Of a stretch of DNA of 64,000 nt, positions 37,248-50,938 are shown one piece after another. Source of the stretch: Mobula hypostoma. Lineage: Eukaryota. Location of the stretch: assembly GCF_963921235.1 (NCBI RefSeq), contig NC_086097.1, positions 127,412,001-127,476,000 of the forward strand, written 5' to 3'. Within the stretch, counting starts at the first letter, position 1. Each line of letters starts with the position of its first letter. Below the pieces are notes generated by a model. That model saw nothing but the letters and a program-made list of their open reading frames with translations. It ran no database searches and was not told the DNA's origin. Both the position numbers and the translations under genes were made by a program.

Positions 37248-37590
37248 CAAACACAAGAAAATCTGCAGATGCTGGAAATCCAAGGCAACATACAAAAATG
37301 CTGGAGGAACTCGGCAGGTCAGGCAGCATCCATGGAAAAGAGTAAACAGTCAACGTTTCCGGCCAAGGCCCTTCAGCAGGATTGGGAAAAAAAAGGATGA
37401 GAAGTCAGAGTAAGAAGTTAGGGGTGAAGGGAAGAAGAAGTGAAAAGTGGTAGGTGATAGGTGAAGCTGGGAGGTAAAGAGCTGGGAAGTTGATTGGTGA
37501 GAGAGATAAAGGGCTGGAGGAGGGGGAATCTGATAGGAGAGGGTAGACGATCATGGAAGAAAGGGAAGGAGTAGAAGCACCAGAGGGCTG
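37248..37590 (-). mobile_element. Solo Penelope pLTR-like fragment
   Basis: aaatctgcagatgctggaaatcc..gctggaggaactcggcaggtcaggcagcatc, with a degenerate hammerhead (CTGCTGA..GAAACGTT on minus). Confidence 0.7.
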
Positions 37591-37949
37591 CTGGAGTGGA
37601 ACTTGAACTCACGACTTTTTGACTCAGAGGTGAGTGCCCTGTCTATTGCGCCATGGTCAGTGGTGAGGAGAAGCAGTCACAGCTGCAATGAGGAGGTGGG
37701 ACATCTGAACTTGGCCCCATCTCAATGTTGAAAGCAAAAAAGCAACTTGTAAGATCACTGAGCCAACACAAAAAGTTATCCAGTGACTTCTATGGTGAAA
37801 TCCTACTGCCCAGTACTAATACTTTTCATCAGAGGGCAGAGAGCTGAAGAGTAGCACTGGTATGTTCCCTGGAATAAGTTTATCCTAATCACCCTGAACA
37901 GTGTAACTGTTGAAGAAATAGAGTATTGAACCCCAACAGTGGAATACGT

Positions 37950-38445
37950 TGTGGAGTCCTGCTCACCTAGTATGGGAAGGATTCTATTAAGGTGGAAAAG
38001 GTGAAGGGAAGATCCACGAGGATGTTACCAGGACTGGAGGGCTGAAGGTATAAGGAAAGGCTAAATAGGCTGAAGGAAAGGGGCTGAGCAGGACAAAGGT
38101 CTATAAAATCATGGGGGCATAGGTGGATGGTGACAATCTTTTATTCTTAGGGAGTCTGAAACTAGAGCACTTAGCGTTAAGGTGAGAGGGAAGAAATTCT
38201 AACTGGACCTGAGGGGCAACATTTTCTCACAGTGGGTGATGGATGGGTCAGTTACGAACTGTCAGAGAAAGTGGTTGAGGCAGACGCAATTAAATCTCTT
38301 AAAAAGCATTTGGATTGAGTACATAGATAGGAAAGATTAAAAGGAATATGGCCAAACATGGGAAAATGGGACCAGCTCGGTTAGGTAGGTTGGTCGGCCA
38401 AAGGGCCAAAGGACCTTTTTGCATGCTACATAATTCTTTGACTCT
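37950..38445 (+). mobile_element. Old CR1 3' fragment
   Basis: Degenerate RMLPGLEGL.YKERLNRL segment and 3' UTR. Similar fragments at about 46755-47210, 47470-47960 and 49345-49565. Confidence 0.7.
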
Positions 38446-39539
38446 TTAACACTCTGAAAAGTTCCCCATTTCATTTGATGGCCTGAGCTTCCACTGTTGG
38501 ACCAGTGGAACTGGCCTGGGACATCAACACCCCTCTAATTTCTGTGGGGTCACAATGAGAGACAGTGGGATTAGTGTGATTCCCCTACACGTGAGGAGCC
38601 TACAGATCCTCTGTTAAGTTCACACATGGAGAATGCCCAGGACTGAGGCATGGTAATGGAAAGCAGGCGGTTGGCTTTTATGACTCTGTACCTCAATCAA
38701 ATTCCCCAGCATAAGTTTCATCAGAACATTGAGAAGAAATATAGATGAGGGAGTCTGTTTCTCCACCAAAATTCTCAGGATTGAATTTCCACCCTCCTTT
38801 CCTGTCTTTTGAGTTCCCTGCTATAGATAAATCTACCAATCTTGGCATTCTGAAAATTTACGGTCTCTGGGTAAAGGAATTTCTCCTCAGCCCCGTTCTG
38901 AGATTATGCCCCTAATTCTAGATACCTCCGTGGAGGAAGCACTCTGTTGCATGTACTCTGCCAATTCCCCCTCAGAGCCACAAGTATCCTTCATTCTTCC
39001 CAACAGCACTGAGTATTGGAGCAAAGTCTAAGATAACACAAGAGTACTTGTTTACTTTCAGGCCCATATATTTTCCAGATAAGGGAGCTTCAGAATGGCA
39101 ACAACAGTAGGTCTTTAATGATTTCTAGCACAAGTCCATGAAGGAAGCCGTAACTTAATTCATTCTGTCACCTGTGGTTTCTTTAGGAAGTTGACAAGTT
39201 TAAAAAGAATTTCAGGAACTAGCGTTTCAATTACTTTTTTGGCTTTAGAATAACATCTTCATTGTGTGGAAAACATGATTAATAATGTATTGTTCACAAA
39301 TTGGCGTCAGGAAAATTGTAATCTTTTTTCACACCAGACTGAGCTATACTGACGTTAGGTTATGCATGGTGCTGAACGAGGAACGATTATGCACATTTAC
39401 TTACAAGGATCCCACTTCAGACCAACCAGTAAAATGCCCCAGACGTTATGTCTTGTTATCACAATTGAAGTCAAAATAGAATTCCCATCTCCATCATTTT
39501 AATGAGTCTCGAAGGAAGTCCCAGTTGATCGCTGTAGTC

Positions 39540-39553
39540 CAACAAGGGGGCAG
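39540..39553 (+). promoter_or_regulatory. CTCF-like motif
   Basis: CAACAAGGGGGCAG matches CCACYAGRGGGCAG at 12/14, preceded by TGTAG, in non-repetitive DNA. Confidence 0.3.
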
Positions 39554-39959
39554 TGCCAACTAGACATGAAACCGCCAAAACTAACATGCTCAGATTTGAG
39601 ATAAAAGTTCGCAGAGTTCAAAGGAAGGCAGCAAAAAACAAAAGTGAAAGGAGACAAATTGACATATAAACTGAGGACCATCCTGAGTGATGTGGAAATC
39701 CAATTGTACACAAATGATGCTAAGTGTCAGGAAGAAATGGAAAAACAGGCGCAAGTTCTGATATTCTGTCAGAAATTCAGAACTAAACTTCAAAGGCAGA
39801 TTGTGTAATACATTTAACATAGCATAATATTGCAATAGTAAGCCTTTCGGGTTTGCTCCACAATTCAATAAGTTGATCCCATGTCGCAAGTCCACTTTCC
39901 CTCTCAATCCCCATGTACCTCATTTGTGGTTTTTGGAGGTTCTCCAAGACAACACTTCA

Positions 39960-40400
39960 GGAGATGGTCAGGGCAGGTCCTTGGCCCGACCATCACCTAC
40001 TTCATTGATCTCACAAGGACAGAAATGGGAATGTTCACTGCTGGGTGTACAATGCTCAATTCTATTCATGGCTCCTCGGGAAACGAGACAACCCTTGCAG
40101 TAAGATGAAGAAATCATCCAGGCATGGACTGATAGGTAATATTTGTGACATGAATGAAGTGCCAGAGACAGTAGCCACCTCTTATAACATCTCAGCAGTA
40201 TTATCATTACTGACCTACGTCTACACCCTGGAAGGGATTTCACCTTTGGCTAAAAACTGAACAGGATCAACCCATGAATGTGGTGGCTAATTGTGGTCAG
40301 AGGCTGGGTTTCCAGTGACATATGACATTGCAGCCCTTTTCCACCATCAACAACACACCCGTAGGGAGTATGGTCAGCATCAATAGCATTCAAAAACCAC
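39960..40400 (+). mobile_element. Ancient CR1/L2-group RT fragment
   Basis: QG.VLGPTI..FI.DL..EMGMF..CTM and IQAWTDR motifs, frameshifted. Confidence 0.55.
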
Positions 40401-40720
40401 CGAGGATGAGAGAGGCTGTCTGATTCAGTACCTGAAATACTCACTCTCTCCTCCAATGGCACCACTGACGATGAGACAGTCTGTCTCATTCATTAGCAGA
40501 AATACTCACTCTCTCCTCCAATGGCACCAGCGAGGATGAGACAGTCTGTCTCATTCATTAGCAGAAATACTCACTCTCTCCTCCAATGGCACTAGCGAGG
40601 ATGAGACAGTCTGTCTCATTCATTAGCAGAAATACTCACTCTCTCCTCCAATGGCACCAGCGAGGATGAGACAGTCTGTCTCATTCATTAGCAGAAATAC
40701 TTACTCTCTCCTCCAGTGGC
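40396..40720. repeat. Minisatellite, 65-bp unit, about 5 copies
   Basis: Unit atggcaccagcgaggatgagacagtctgtctcattcattagcagaaatactcactctctcctcca, starting at 40456, 40521, 40586 and 40651. Confidence 0.95.
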
Positions 40721-42747
40721 CCCATGGCTGAAGTGTGTACAAGGCAGTATGAATTTTCGGGAATGTAAGGAACTGCAGAGAGTTGACGGCTCAGACCAAT
40801 ACATTGCAGGCACACCCCTCCCCACTGGCAGAAGTTTCTACATGTGCAGCATCTGTCATCAAAATTCCTCACCTTCAGGGCTATGCCATCTTCTCAGCGC
40901 TACCATCAGGCAGAAGATACATAAGCCTGAAGTCCCACACTACCAGTTTCAAGAGCAGCTGCTTCTCTTCAACCATTCAGTTCCCAAGCCAATCTGCACA
41001 AGCCTTACCACTACCTTGGCATAGCGACACTATGACCACTGTGCCCACTTTGCACTATTGCTTGTTCTAATTGTGTTCTGTTTGTATAATTTATGTCTAA
41101 TTTACATTTTTACTTGTGAATGTCATGTATCAGATGCTACGATCTGAACCTGATTCAGATGTGCCTGTGATGCAGCTGCAAGTTTTCCATTGCACCTACG
41201 CATACATAGCAACAAACTTGACTCTGACCTTCACAAAATGCACTGCAGCTACTCACAGAAACATAGAAAACCTACAGCACAATACAGGCCCTTCGGCCCA
41301 CAATGCTGTGCCAAACACGTACTTACTTTAGAAATTACCCAGGGTTACCCATAGCCCTCTACTCGTCCAGTCTATTCTGACAGCATCTGTCAAACTCGCT
41401 CTCTCTGTCACCAAGGGCAGCAAGTGCATAGGAACCCCATCAACTGCAGATTCCTCTCAAAGTCACGTGCCATTCCGACTTTTTACCATTCTTTTATCAT
41501 CACTGCGGCTAAATATTGGAGATTTCCCCCCTTTTCCGCCCTCCGACAACATTGTGTGAGTATCTCCACTGGAAGTAGTTCAGGAAGGTAATTCACCAAC
41601 ATCTTCTGGAGGGAAGAGGCCATAAATGCAGACCCTAGCACTGATCTCCTCACCCTGAAAAATAAATAACATACAAGGCTCTAATTTCTTGAGTGTCTGT
41701 CCTGATTATCCCTGAATAAACTAATCACTAAAATTCAAAGTTCAAAATACATTTATTATCGAAGTATGTATACATTATATAATCTTGAGATCCATCTCCT
41801 TACAGCAGCCACAAAACAAGAAACCCAAAGGAACCTGTTAAAAAAAAACAACAAACATCCAATATGCAGAGAGGGGTAAAAAGACAAATCATGCAAACAG
41901 CAGCATTAAGAATGAAAGTGAGTCCACAGACACAAAGCCCAAAGCAGCAGGAGCAGGCCACAGCCTCGGCCTCAGTTCATTACACGGTGGAGCAAAACGT
42001 TATGGAGCTTGGAGACAAGAAACCTGGAGCAGCTGAAGCAAGCCACAGCTTCAGCCTCAATCCGGCGAAGAGTGGAGCAAACATCATGGTGCAGTGAGCA
42101 GAAATGGCCTGACCTTCGCCTCTAGTCCTGACAGTTAAATCATCCAAACATTGGGTGGTTTCTTGCTCTAAGACTCAGGCCCTGTCGTGTCAAAACGTTT
42201 CGGGCCTGGACCCCACTGCCACCTTCTGGTCCTTACCCGATCTTTCCAAATTGGCCTGTCGCTTAGATCAATCGGACCTCACACGTGGTTTAGCTGGACA
42301 GGCTCCGAAACTCCTCCACTATGACTTTTCCCCATCTTGTACTCCTCAATTCCATCTTGACCTCACTCCAACCACTTCTCTTTGAACATGCCTCTACCTC
42401 ACTTCAACTTTGCATCGCACCTGCATGCCTTGACGCTCGAGTCAGCCTCTTCATTGTTGGCGGTGATCATTTACCATAGTTATTTTTACAGAAGAGGTGT
42501 TATTATTAAATTATTTAGTTGTATTTCTTGTTTTGTTAACCTCTAGTAAGTTGTCACTTATGTTCAGTAGAGCCCTCTTACAATCAGAATCAATAGCTCT
42601 CTATGTCATGAAGAAGCTTCCCTTCTGCTCAGTCCTGTAAGACCAACTCTTATCCTGAAATAATGTTCCTAATTTCCTGAAGAAACAGGAATTTCTGCTT
42701 TTAAGCATCTTCTTAACAATTCCCTTTTAGGATTTGCGTGTCTCTAT

Positions 42748-42842
42748 TTGACACATTTTACGGAAGTCTAAAAAAGAGAGGTGATTTGATTGAGACTCTA
42801 TCAAAACACCTCTCTCTTTTAGACTTTTATAAAATGTGTCAA
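42748..42842. repeat. 95-nt near-perfect hairpin
   Basis: ttgacacattttacggaagtctaaaaaagagaggtgatttgat pairs with atcaaaacacctctctcttttagacttttataaaatgtgtcaa. Confidence 0.85.
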
Positions 42843-45800
42843 TCACCCTTGTTGTCTCTTCCCACTAATCCCAGATATTAACACAGTGAAGTTCATATGA
42901 AGTGTTTTTGATATGATTACAAGGAAATGCAAAGCTGGGTATCTCCACAATTAAAGTCAGCCAGTACTGCAATCAGGCTAACACTTCAATACAAAGTAAT
43001 ACATCTGTCCTGTACTTCTGGCGCACCAGTCTTACTGAGACACAAAGGAAAACCGAACACTACTGCGGATACTGGAATTAATACAGAAAATTCTGGAAGC
43101 ACTCAGCAGGTTTGGTAGCAGAAACAAAATGAATGTTTTGTCTGGGACCCTTTGTCAGAAGTACAAGTAAAGTTACAACTCTCATCAATTTACTGGTGAG
43201 AATGACAATTAAATATTTTCTATTGGCTTTTAAGACTTTAGAAAGAATATTGAGTCCACAATAAAAGTTATCTTCTAACAATTTTAATATTAGTAAATAT
43301 TTAGTATTTACTATATTGCCACGGACAGTGATCTGGGTTTTAGTTGTACAACTCTGCTCTCTGGTGGTTAAGTCCATACACTGCAGCCAATAGCTGTGCA
43401 CTGCCCGAGGTTTCATGGTAAACCTTTTCTGTTGCAGTACACATTTTCTGTTCATATTTTTGTGCTGCAGAGACAACTAGAGCTTCTGGTGTGTCACACA
43501 TTGAGAAGAAGGGAACTGGTAATTCCTTAAATAATACAAAAGAATTGCTGTGGTATTTAGATTAAGGAAAGCCAATGGAGGGAATACAATCAGCTGGAAG
43601 AACTGAGCAGGTGGAGGAATACCAGAAGGGGAAAGATACTGCTAATACTTCAGGTCAAAATCCTGCATCAAGACTGAAAGTAGGAAGAAGTAATGAAATT
43701 GGGGCCAGTAGGAGAGGTGAAAGGTGAAGGCAGGTTGGCGGGGGAGCGGTGTGAGGGATGACGCAGTGATGATGGAGTGGGCTGCTGGAGGATGTTAAGT
43801 AGGAACACAAAAATTGCCAATGCTGGAATCTGATAAGTGTAGAAGGTGATAATGGTAGGTCATAATCTCCCTCCACTCTCAGTCCCGATGCAGGGCTTTG
43901 ACCCAAGTCATCGACAATTCCTTTCCCTCCACTGACGCTGCTCAGCCGGCGCAGTTTTGCCAGCAGATTGTTTGCTGCTCCAGATCCCAGCATCTGTCGT
44001 CTCTTGTGTCTCCGATGGAGAGGCAAAAACAAGATGAATACTTCAGCTTACTGACAGATCATCAGATCCCACCTTGTGTGCATTAGCCACAGTGAAAGCA
44101 AGGCACAATTCAAAGCTCAGCGGGGGTGTGACCCTGCAGTACAGACTGCTGTCCAGTGGTGTTGCACAGTCTGGGTCTCACCACAATCATGGGTCCCAGG
44201 CATTGTCATATAGCCCCTATCTCTCCACGGTGATTCTACACCTGGATTTAGAGGGTGGTTAGGACCTTTCAGAAAGTCCATCTCTTCTCTACCTCTGCAG
44301 AAATCTCTTTAGCTGAGCTTATGTCTATGTTGACACTGTGTCTTTGTTATATGATCATGTCCACTGTCAGAGCGTGTGAGCCGAGGAAGGTGTGACTCAA
44401 AGACCCTGACAGTGGATACAGTCATTGAACACATGCTAACACGAGGAAATCTGCAGATGCTGGAATTTCAAGCAACACACAAAAAAGTTGCTGGTGAACG
44501 CAGCAGGCCAGGCAGCATCTCTAGGAAGAGGTACAGTCGACATTGCTGACTCATTTACACTAAGCCTGCACAGATCCCTTCACAGGGGTTCAAGTGTATA
44601 TGGATAGTCAATTATGGAGTATCAAGGTATTGTAATAATGTGATCTTCTAATCACTAAATAAACCTCCTTTGTAAAAGACAATAAAAAGCCAAAAAAATC
44701 CCATTTTCTTCTCCCTTAATTCCCACCAATTTCCCCCATATGCTACCCCTGAACTACACAGTAGGAACAATTTACAGTGATCGATGGCCCTACCCAACAG
44801 GTTGGCCTAGGGATGTGGGAGGAAACCGGAGCACTCGGAGGAAACCTAAGTAGCCTCTGGGAGAATGTGCAAACTCTATGCGAACAGCACACAAGGTCAA
44901 GATTGAACCCAGATCTCTGTGCAGTGAGATTGCAACACTTGTTTCATATTAATCATTCATTCAGATCCATTTGTTAATTTCCATAATTTAAGTTTTCTAA
45001 CATATCTTTGCTATGTCTGAAGTATGTTTATGAGATTATCTGTCAGATAAATTTCACCAGATATGATTCCTAGATCTTTCTTCTGAGGATCAGCCTCTTG
45101 ACTGACCCTTGCACTAACTTTCAGAGTATTAACTTCTCCAGTCAACCTGAACTGAACGCTGTTATTTCTGGCTGGAACAATGCACCATATGATCAGGAGC
45201 TCAACTTCTTGCACCTGGATCTCCCAGATTTGACCAATGTTTTGTGAAACTCCCTGTTCAGTCAGAGTGGTTCCTGGTGCAGGAAGGAAACAAGTCAGAA
45301 AGATCAAAGCTGCTGTGTTCCTGCTCCTGATTGCTCTTCAATACTCAATGAAGTAGGTCAAAAGAACTTGTATTTCCTTATTGGCTAGCCACCAAATCTA
45401 TCAACACATTGGCTGCATTGACTACATACATCTTGAAGATATTTACAAAGTAAGCACAAATTTCCAGCAAGGAAACTTGCGATATTCAGCTGAAGTTTAG
45501 TGTGCCGTTCCCTTCACCACATTGCACAGAGGGTTTTAGCTTTAGAAAGGAGCGGAGAAATTTTGTAAGTTGTTGCCAGAGTTTAGTAGGCTGGGCTTGT
45601 TTTCTTTGGAACAAAGAGGCCAAGGGGAGATCTAAGTGATATTTATAAACAGGAGAGCTATAATTTGGATGAGGGAGGGAACTATTTCCCTTGGCAGAGA
45701 GGTTAATAACAAGAAGATATAGATTGGAGATAATTGGAATTTGAATTAGATGGAAACTGAGGAAAAACTTTTTCATCCGGAGATGTGTCTAAACTCATTG

Positions 45801-48800
45801 CCCGAGAGTTAAGTTAACCCAAACAACAATCCCTTACAAGGTTGAACAGTCTCCTACATGGGTGTAAATTTCTCTGGTTTTAAATTGCTTAACAATTTCC
45901 TACCTCCCTGTAAAATTTGGAGAGGTCATTATTGACTGGACTTAACACTTAAATGATCAAAGGACAAGCACGCCAATATCATGGAGTTGGTGCACCCACT
46001 TCTAAGGAGCAATCCTCTTCAAGTGAAACTATTCTGGAGTTATTCTACTTTGGTAACAACCCAACTACCAAAAAGAAACCCAAGTCATCACCACCAGATA
46101 AACTAACACTAACTAAACCATGTATTATGTTAAAAATACCCCAACATTTATGGCAGCAAATTTGCCTCTAATGCTAAGCAACAACAACAAAAAAAAACAG
46201 CCACCACTCCTAGGAGTGGTTTAAAGCATTAAAAATGTGCGAAACAGTTAGAAACTGGAATCTGATCACTAATATTCCTTGGCCAGGATTAATTCATTCA
46301 GTTAATATAGATAAATTTCTTCATCTATTGGGTCAAACCCCCAAAGTTTGCTGATGGTCCACAACTGAACTCAGAACACTTGCTTTTACTTTTACTCACC
46401 CAACTGAAGAGCTGTGGTCCTCTTCAATATCTTCTGTGGATCATGAAATCTAATGCTGAACTCCTCACTTGCCTTCCTCAAAGTACATAATCATTATATA
46501 ACCATGGCAGCAAATGGATATATTTTCTCCAGTTTTCTTGTGAAGAATTAATTAAAGATGATTTTATTTGTTGAGTAAGTTAAACTTGTATCTTGTATCT
46601 CAGTTGCAGGCAGAAGCAGACTGCCCTCAGAGTTAAGACAAATAAATTCTCAAAGTTGCTACCAACTGTAGATTTGTTTGATTGTGAATGCAGTTTAGGT
46701 GTAGATGCTGAGCTCCTGATTTGGTAAATCAAGTTGCTCCATTAAGGGAAGGATTTGGTGGCTTTGGAGAGGAAGCTTACCCGGATGCTGCCTGAATTAG
46801 AGGGCATGTACTATAAGGAGAGGTTGGACAAACATGGGTTATTTTCTCTGGAGTGGCAGAGGTTAAGGAGAGACCTGATGGGTGTTTGTAAGATTATGAG
46901 AGGCATATATGAAGTAGCAGCCAGTTTCTTTTTCCCAGGGTTGAAATGTCTAATACTGGAAGGTATTTAAGGAGAGAAGGGTTACGTTCAAAGGAGACAT
47001 GCAGCACAAGTTTTTTTTACACAGAGTGGTGGATGCCTGTGATGTGCTGCCAAGTGTGGTGTTCAAGAGGTTCATAAATAGGCACATGAATGTGCAGAGA
47101 TTGGAGAGACACAGTCACTCTGTAGGTAGAAAGGACTAGTTTAGTTAGGCATTTAATTACTATGTTAATTGGTTTGGCACAACATTGTGGCCGAAGGGCA
47201 TGATCCTGTTCTAGGAACTACACAGATCCAAATGTGGCAGTATTGTCTGAAGGAATGCATGTCATCTATGAGCCTTAATCCTATTCAACATGCCTGACCA
47301 AGAACAGATTACCTTAAAGCACCAGCCCTGTTGCTTGAGGGATTCAATTAGCTGTTCCGTTGGACCATTTGACTCCAATGGCTAAGGCCTGCTCCTACAC
47401 CAGTGTTAAGATCTGGAGGTCCCTAGGAACAGAGATGCCTTGTAGACAGTAATTCTCATAGAGTATTGTGAGTGTTTCGGGTCCCTTATCAAAGAAAGGA
47501 TATGTTGGCATTGGAGAGGGTCCAGAGAAAATTCATGAGAAGGATCCCAGGAATGAAAGGATTAATATATGAGGAGTGTTTGTTAGCTCTGGCCCTGTAC
47601 TCGCTGGATTTTAGGGAGGGATATCATTGAAATCTATTGAATATTTAAAGGTCTAGATTGAGTGGATGTTTCCTATAGTGGGAGAGTCTAGGACCAGAGG
47701 GCACAGCCTCAGAATACAAAGACGTCCTCTTAGAACAGAAATGAGGGGGAAATTTCTTTAGTCAGAGGGTGGTGAATCTGTGGAAGCCAACATTGACTAC
47801 ATTTAAAGTGGGGGTTGATAGGTTTTTGATTAGTAAGGAGGTTACAGGGACAAGGCAGGAGAATAGGGTTGAGAAGGATAATAAATCAGCCACGATAGAA
47901 TGGTGAAGCAGACTCAATGGGCTGAGTGGTCTAATTCTGCCCCTATGCCTTACAGTCCTGTGGACTTATTGTAGCATGAATGGTTACTTCAAGAAGTATA
48001 ATCTCCAATAGCAAGGGAATGAAAATCCACTGGCTTCAGAACTCTACAAAATTGATAGAAACTGTATGATTGGTGAACTTCTATCACCCACTCTAATTGA
48101 CATACAAAGTACTTGTCATATTACCTCAGGAGGATTTTCAATTGATGAAAAATAGCAGTTGACTCTCCAGATTATGGTGTGAGTTGGGATATATTAGAAG
48201 TCCTCTAAGTTACCAAAATGAATTAGATTTCATTATCATATTGATAATGAGATAAAAGATCCAATGCATTTGCAGCTGAAGACAGAAATTCAATCGTTAA
48301 GTGACATATTAACATTTCTACACAGATTAGCGTTAGAGATGTGTCAATATCCATGGAAAACCATTGACTCACTCTAGTGATAACACGCTCTAATTAATTG
48401 TCACATTTATTAGATGGTGTTTCCAATTCTCTTTATAGAACAACCTGGGGCATTTTGTAGACAAGAGATGTGCTGATAATAGTGCTGTTTAAGATTCTGT
48501 CCATATAAACTTTCACCATACTTATTTATAAGCACGTCAAATAAAAATGAAATGACATTCCAATGGGCTATATCACAGTTAAAGGAGCCTTCTGTATCAC
48601 CTCAGGTAGTAATCAGAAACACATTTCAATTATAGATAAATGACCTGTTCTGCTTGCATTGGGTTTCAAGCAAATCCCATTCACTGGCATTTTAAAGATA
48701 CTAAGGGCCATAACTCACAGCCAACCACAAGCCAGAATGACAGAGAATGTCCAGAATGGCCTGTGACAATTGAGATACACTATTTATAACAAATTATTAG

Positions 48801-48869
48801 CTATTCTCAAAACAAAGATTCTTCAAAACCAGAGTTTGTTTTCAATTGAGAAATGTGATCTGCACTGGA

Positions 48870-49170
48870 CAAACTTACCTACTGCCCATTATGCAACTGG
48901 TGTTAAAGGCAGCAATGAATGTCTTCCTTCTCTGTCTGTATAGAAGGATTCTTTATTGCTGTTTCTGTAATAATTGTTTTTGCCTAGTCAGGATTGTTAG
49001 CCCTGAGATGAACCCCCAAACCTGGACCACTCTACCCTTTGACCTGTTTGGCATGGGTGACCCTACCAAGAGCCAAAGCACAAGACCCTGACTCCAGCCA
49101 ACATAGCTCTCTGGGTCACTGAGGCACGCAAGCTTCCAAACACTATGACAAGGTTGTGGTCCTCTTGGAG
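48870..49170 (-). mobile_element. Short non-autonomous RTE derivative (5' leader fused to 3' end)
   Basis: Minus strand ggaccacaaccttgtc..gcttgcgtgcctcagtgacc..gagctatg..agggtcacccatgccaaacaggtc resembles RTE/BovB/Expander 5' leaders. Ends gctgcc..cataatgggcagtaggtaag, like RTE 3' ends. Confidence 0.6.
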
Positions 49171-50938
49171 GGCACTGGACAAAGGAGACTCTATTTTCAT
49201 GTTAATCCAACAGTTGATATTCAGGCTGCTAAACTAACCAATCACATAAAAGATTAATAGTTTCTATCACATACAGTAGCAGAACTGAGTGAAAATCTGC
49301 CATTTTACATCCAATCATAAGGAAATCGTTTCAAAAACAGTTGCGGGGGTGCAGGTTTAAAGTGAGGAGTTATTTTTCCCCCACAGATTAAGGTGCATAA
49401 ATGGAATGAGCTACCAGAGGAAATGGATGAGGCAGGTACAGTAGCGAGATTTAAATGATACTTTGACAGGTACTTGGATAGAGGGTTACGAGCCAAACAC
49501 AGGAAAAGTGGGACTAGATTAGATGGCATCTTGGTCGGCATGGATGAGTTGGATCAGAGATCCTGTTGCAATTGGACTGCATTTAAATGTAATTTGGATA
49601 CAGTCAAATCTCTACTGAGATTAGCTGTACCGATCTGATTGTATTAAAATTCTGTCTGCATCCTTTGTATCAAAATGAAAATACAGGAAACACACAGACA
49701 GCACTTGTGGAAGGAGGAATAAGTTACCATTTTGGATCAAAAACCCTTGAGCTGAAACTATGACTATGTATTTAAACACTGTCACCAGATATTGGGAATG
49801 AAATTCTGGAATAACATAGCAGATTGAAGAGTGACTGACAGAACTATCACCTTGCTAGTGTGAGGACTTCAGTAATCTTACTCTGATCAAACTTTTCCCT
49901 TGAAATGAAATAATGGCTCAATTACTTCTGTGTAATGGCAGGGAAATTAGTCCAAATATTAATGGCAGTTTGAAAAGCTGTATGAACTGATCTAGAGAAC
50001 AAAGACCCTATCCAACTCCACCCTGCCAATAAATTAAAACAACACCAAAGCTTTTGCTTTAAACTCAGGTTACACTACAGCAGGCTCTCTGCTTGGGGTG
50101 CATACACTTTGGATGCCACTGAGTGATTGATGTTGGATGAAAACTATGACTGTGCTTCAATGGTATCAAAACAGATCTGAAATATTTATTTCATCTGCTC
50201 CAACACTTCAACATGCTGACAAGAATGGAACTCCACAATAACCCCTACATAGGGACAGGCACTCAACTTTAGGCTTTTCCCCCCTTCTCTATTGTGGGCA
50301 TGAGAAATCCATGAAGTTAACAGGACACTTTAATGTGCAGATCGGAAGAAGCACGTAAAATTGCTAAAATTTTTTTAACAAAATGCCTCCTATTGGGCCC
50401 CCTCCTGCCCTCCCCACCTCATTTATTTGGCTCCATGCTCCACCTTTCTTTTCAATCACATTCCATCACCTCAGCCCTTTGCTGTCTCCACCTCCCACCT
50501 CACAGCCTCTGTCACTATTTCCACTCTTCCCTCCTCACCTGGATCCACACAATGCTTGCCACCTCTTTAGCCTGGCCATCTCCCTCTCTACCTTTCAGTC
50601 CAGATGAAGTGTCTGAAACATCGACTGTTCATTTCTCTCCAGACGCAGCTTGACCCACCGATTTCCTCCAGCATTGTTTTTTGTTCCACAGAGACAACAT
50701 CCACTGTCCTGACCTCATCCATCCTCTTGAAACATTCAGTCACATTTGTGGACATTATCTCTCACAAATAAAGCTGTGTTCATTATCTGTAATCAGTCCT
50801 TGCCATTACAAATGCAAATAAATCCTGTCCATTCAGTAACTTTACCATTATTGATGAAAACAGTATTTGCATGAGAGCATAGGAGTTCCATGTCTATCTT
50901 TATCTAAGTGCAAGGTGGAATGCTGTTCCCTCTAGCAT

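Noticed and set aside
40396..40720. CRISPR-like array (palindromic repeats at regular spacing)
   Set aside because: The units are fully repeated with no unique spacers, there are no cas genes, and the context is eukaryotic. It is a minisatellite.
1..50900. TXNDC5 exons (downstream neighbour of BLOC1S5 in mammals)
   Set aside because: No thioredoxin WCGHC motif in the ORF track and no CpG-island first exon seen. Short exons could have been missed by eye.
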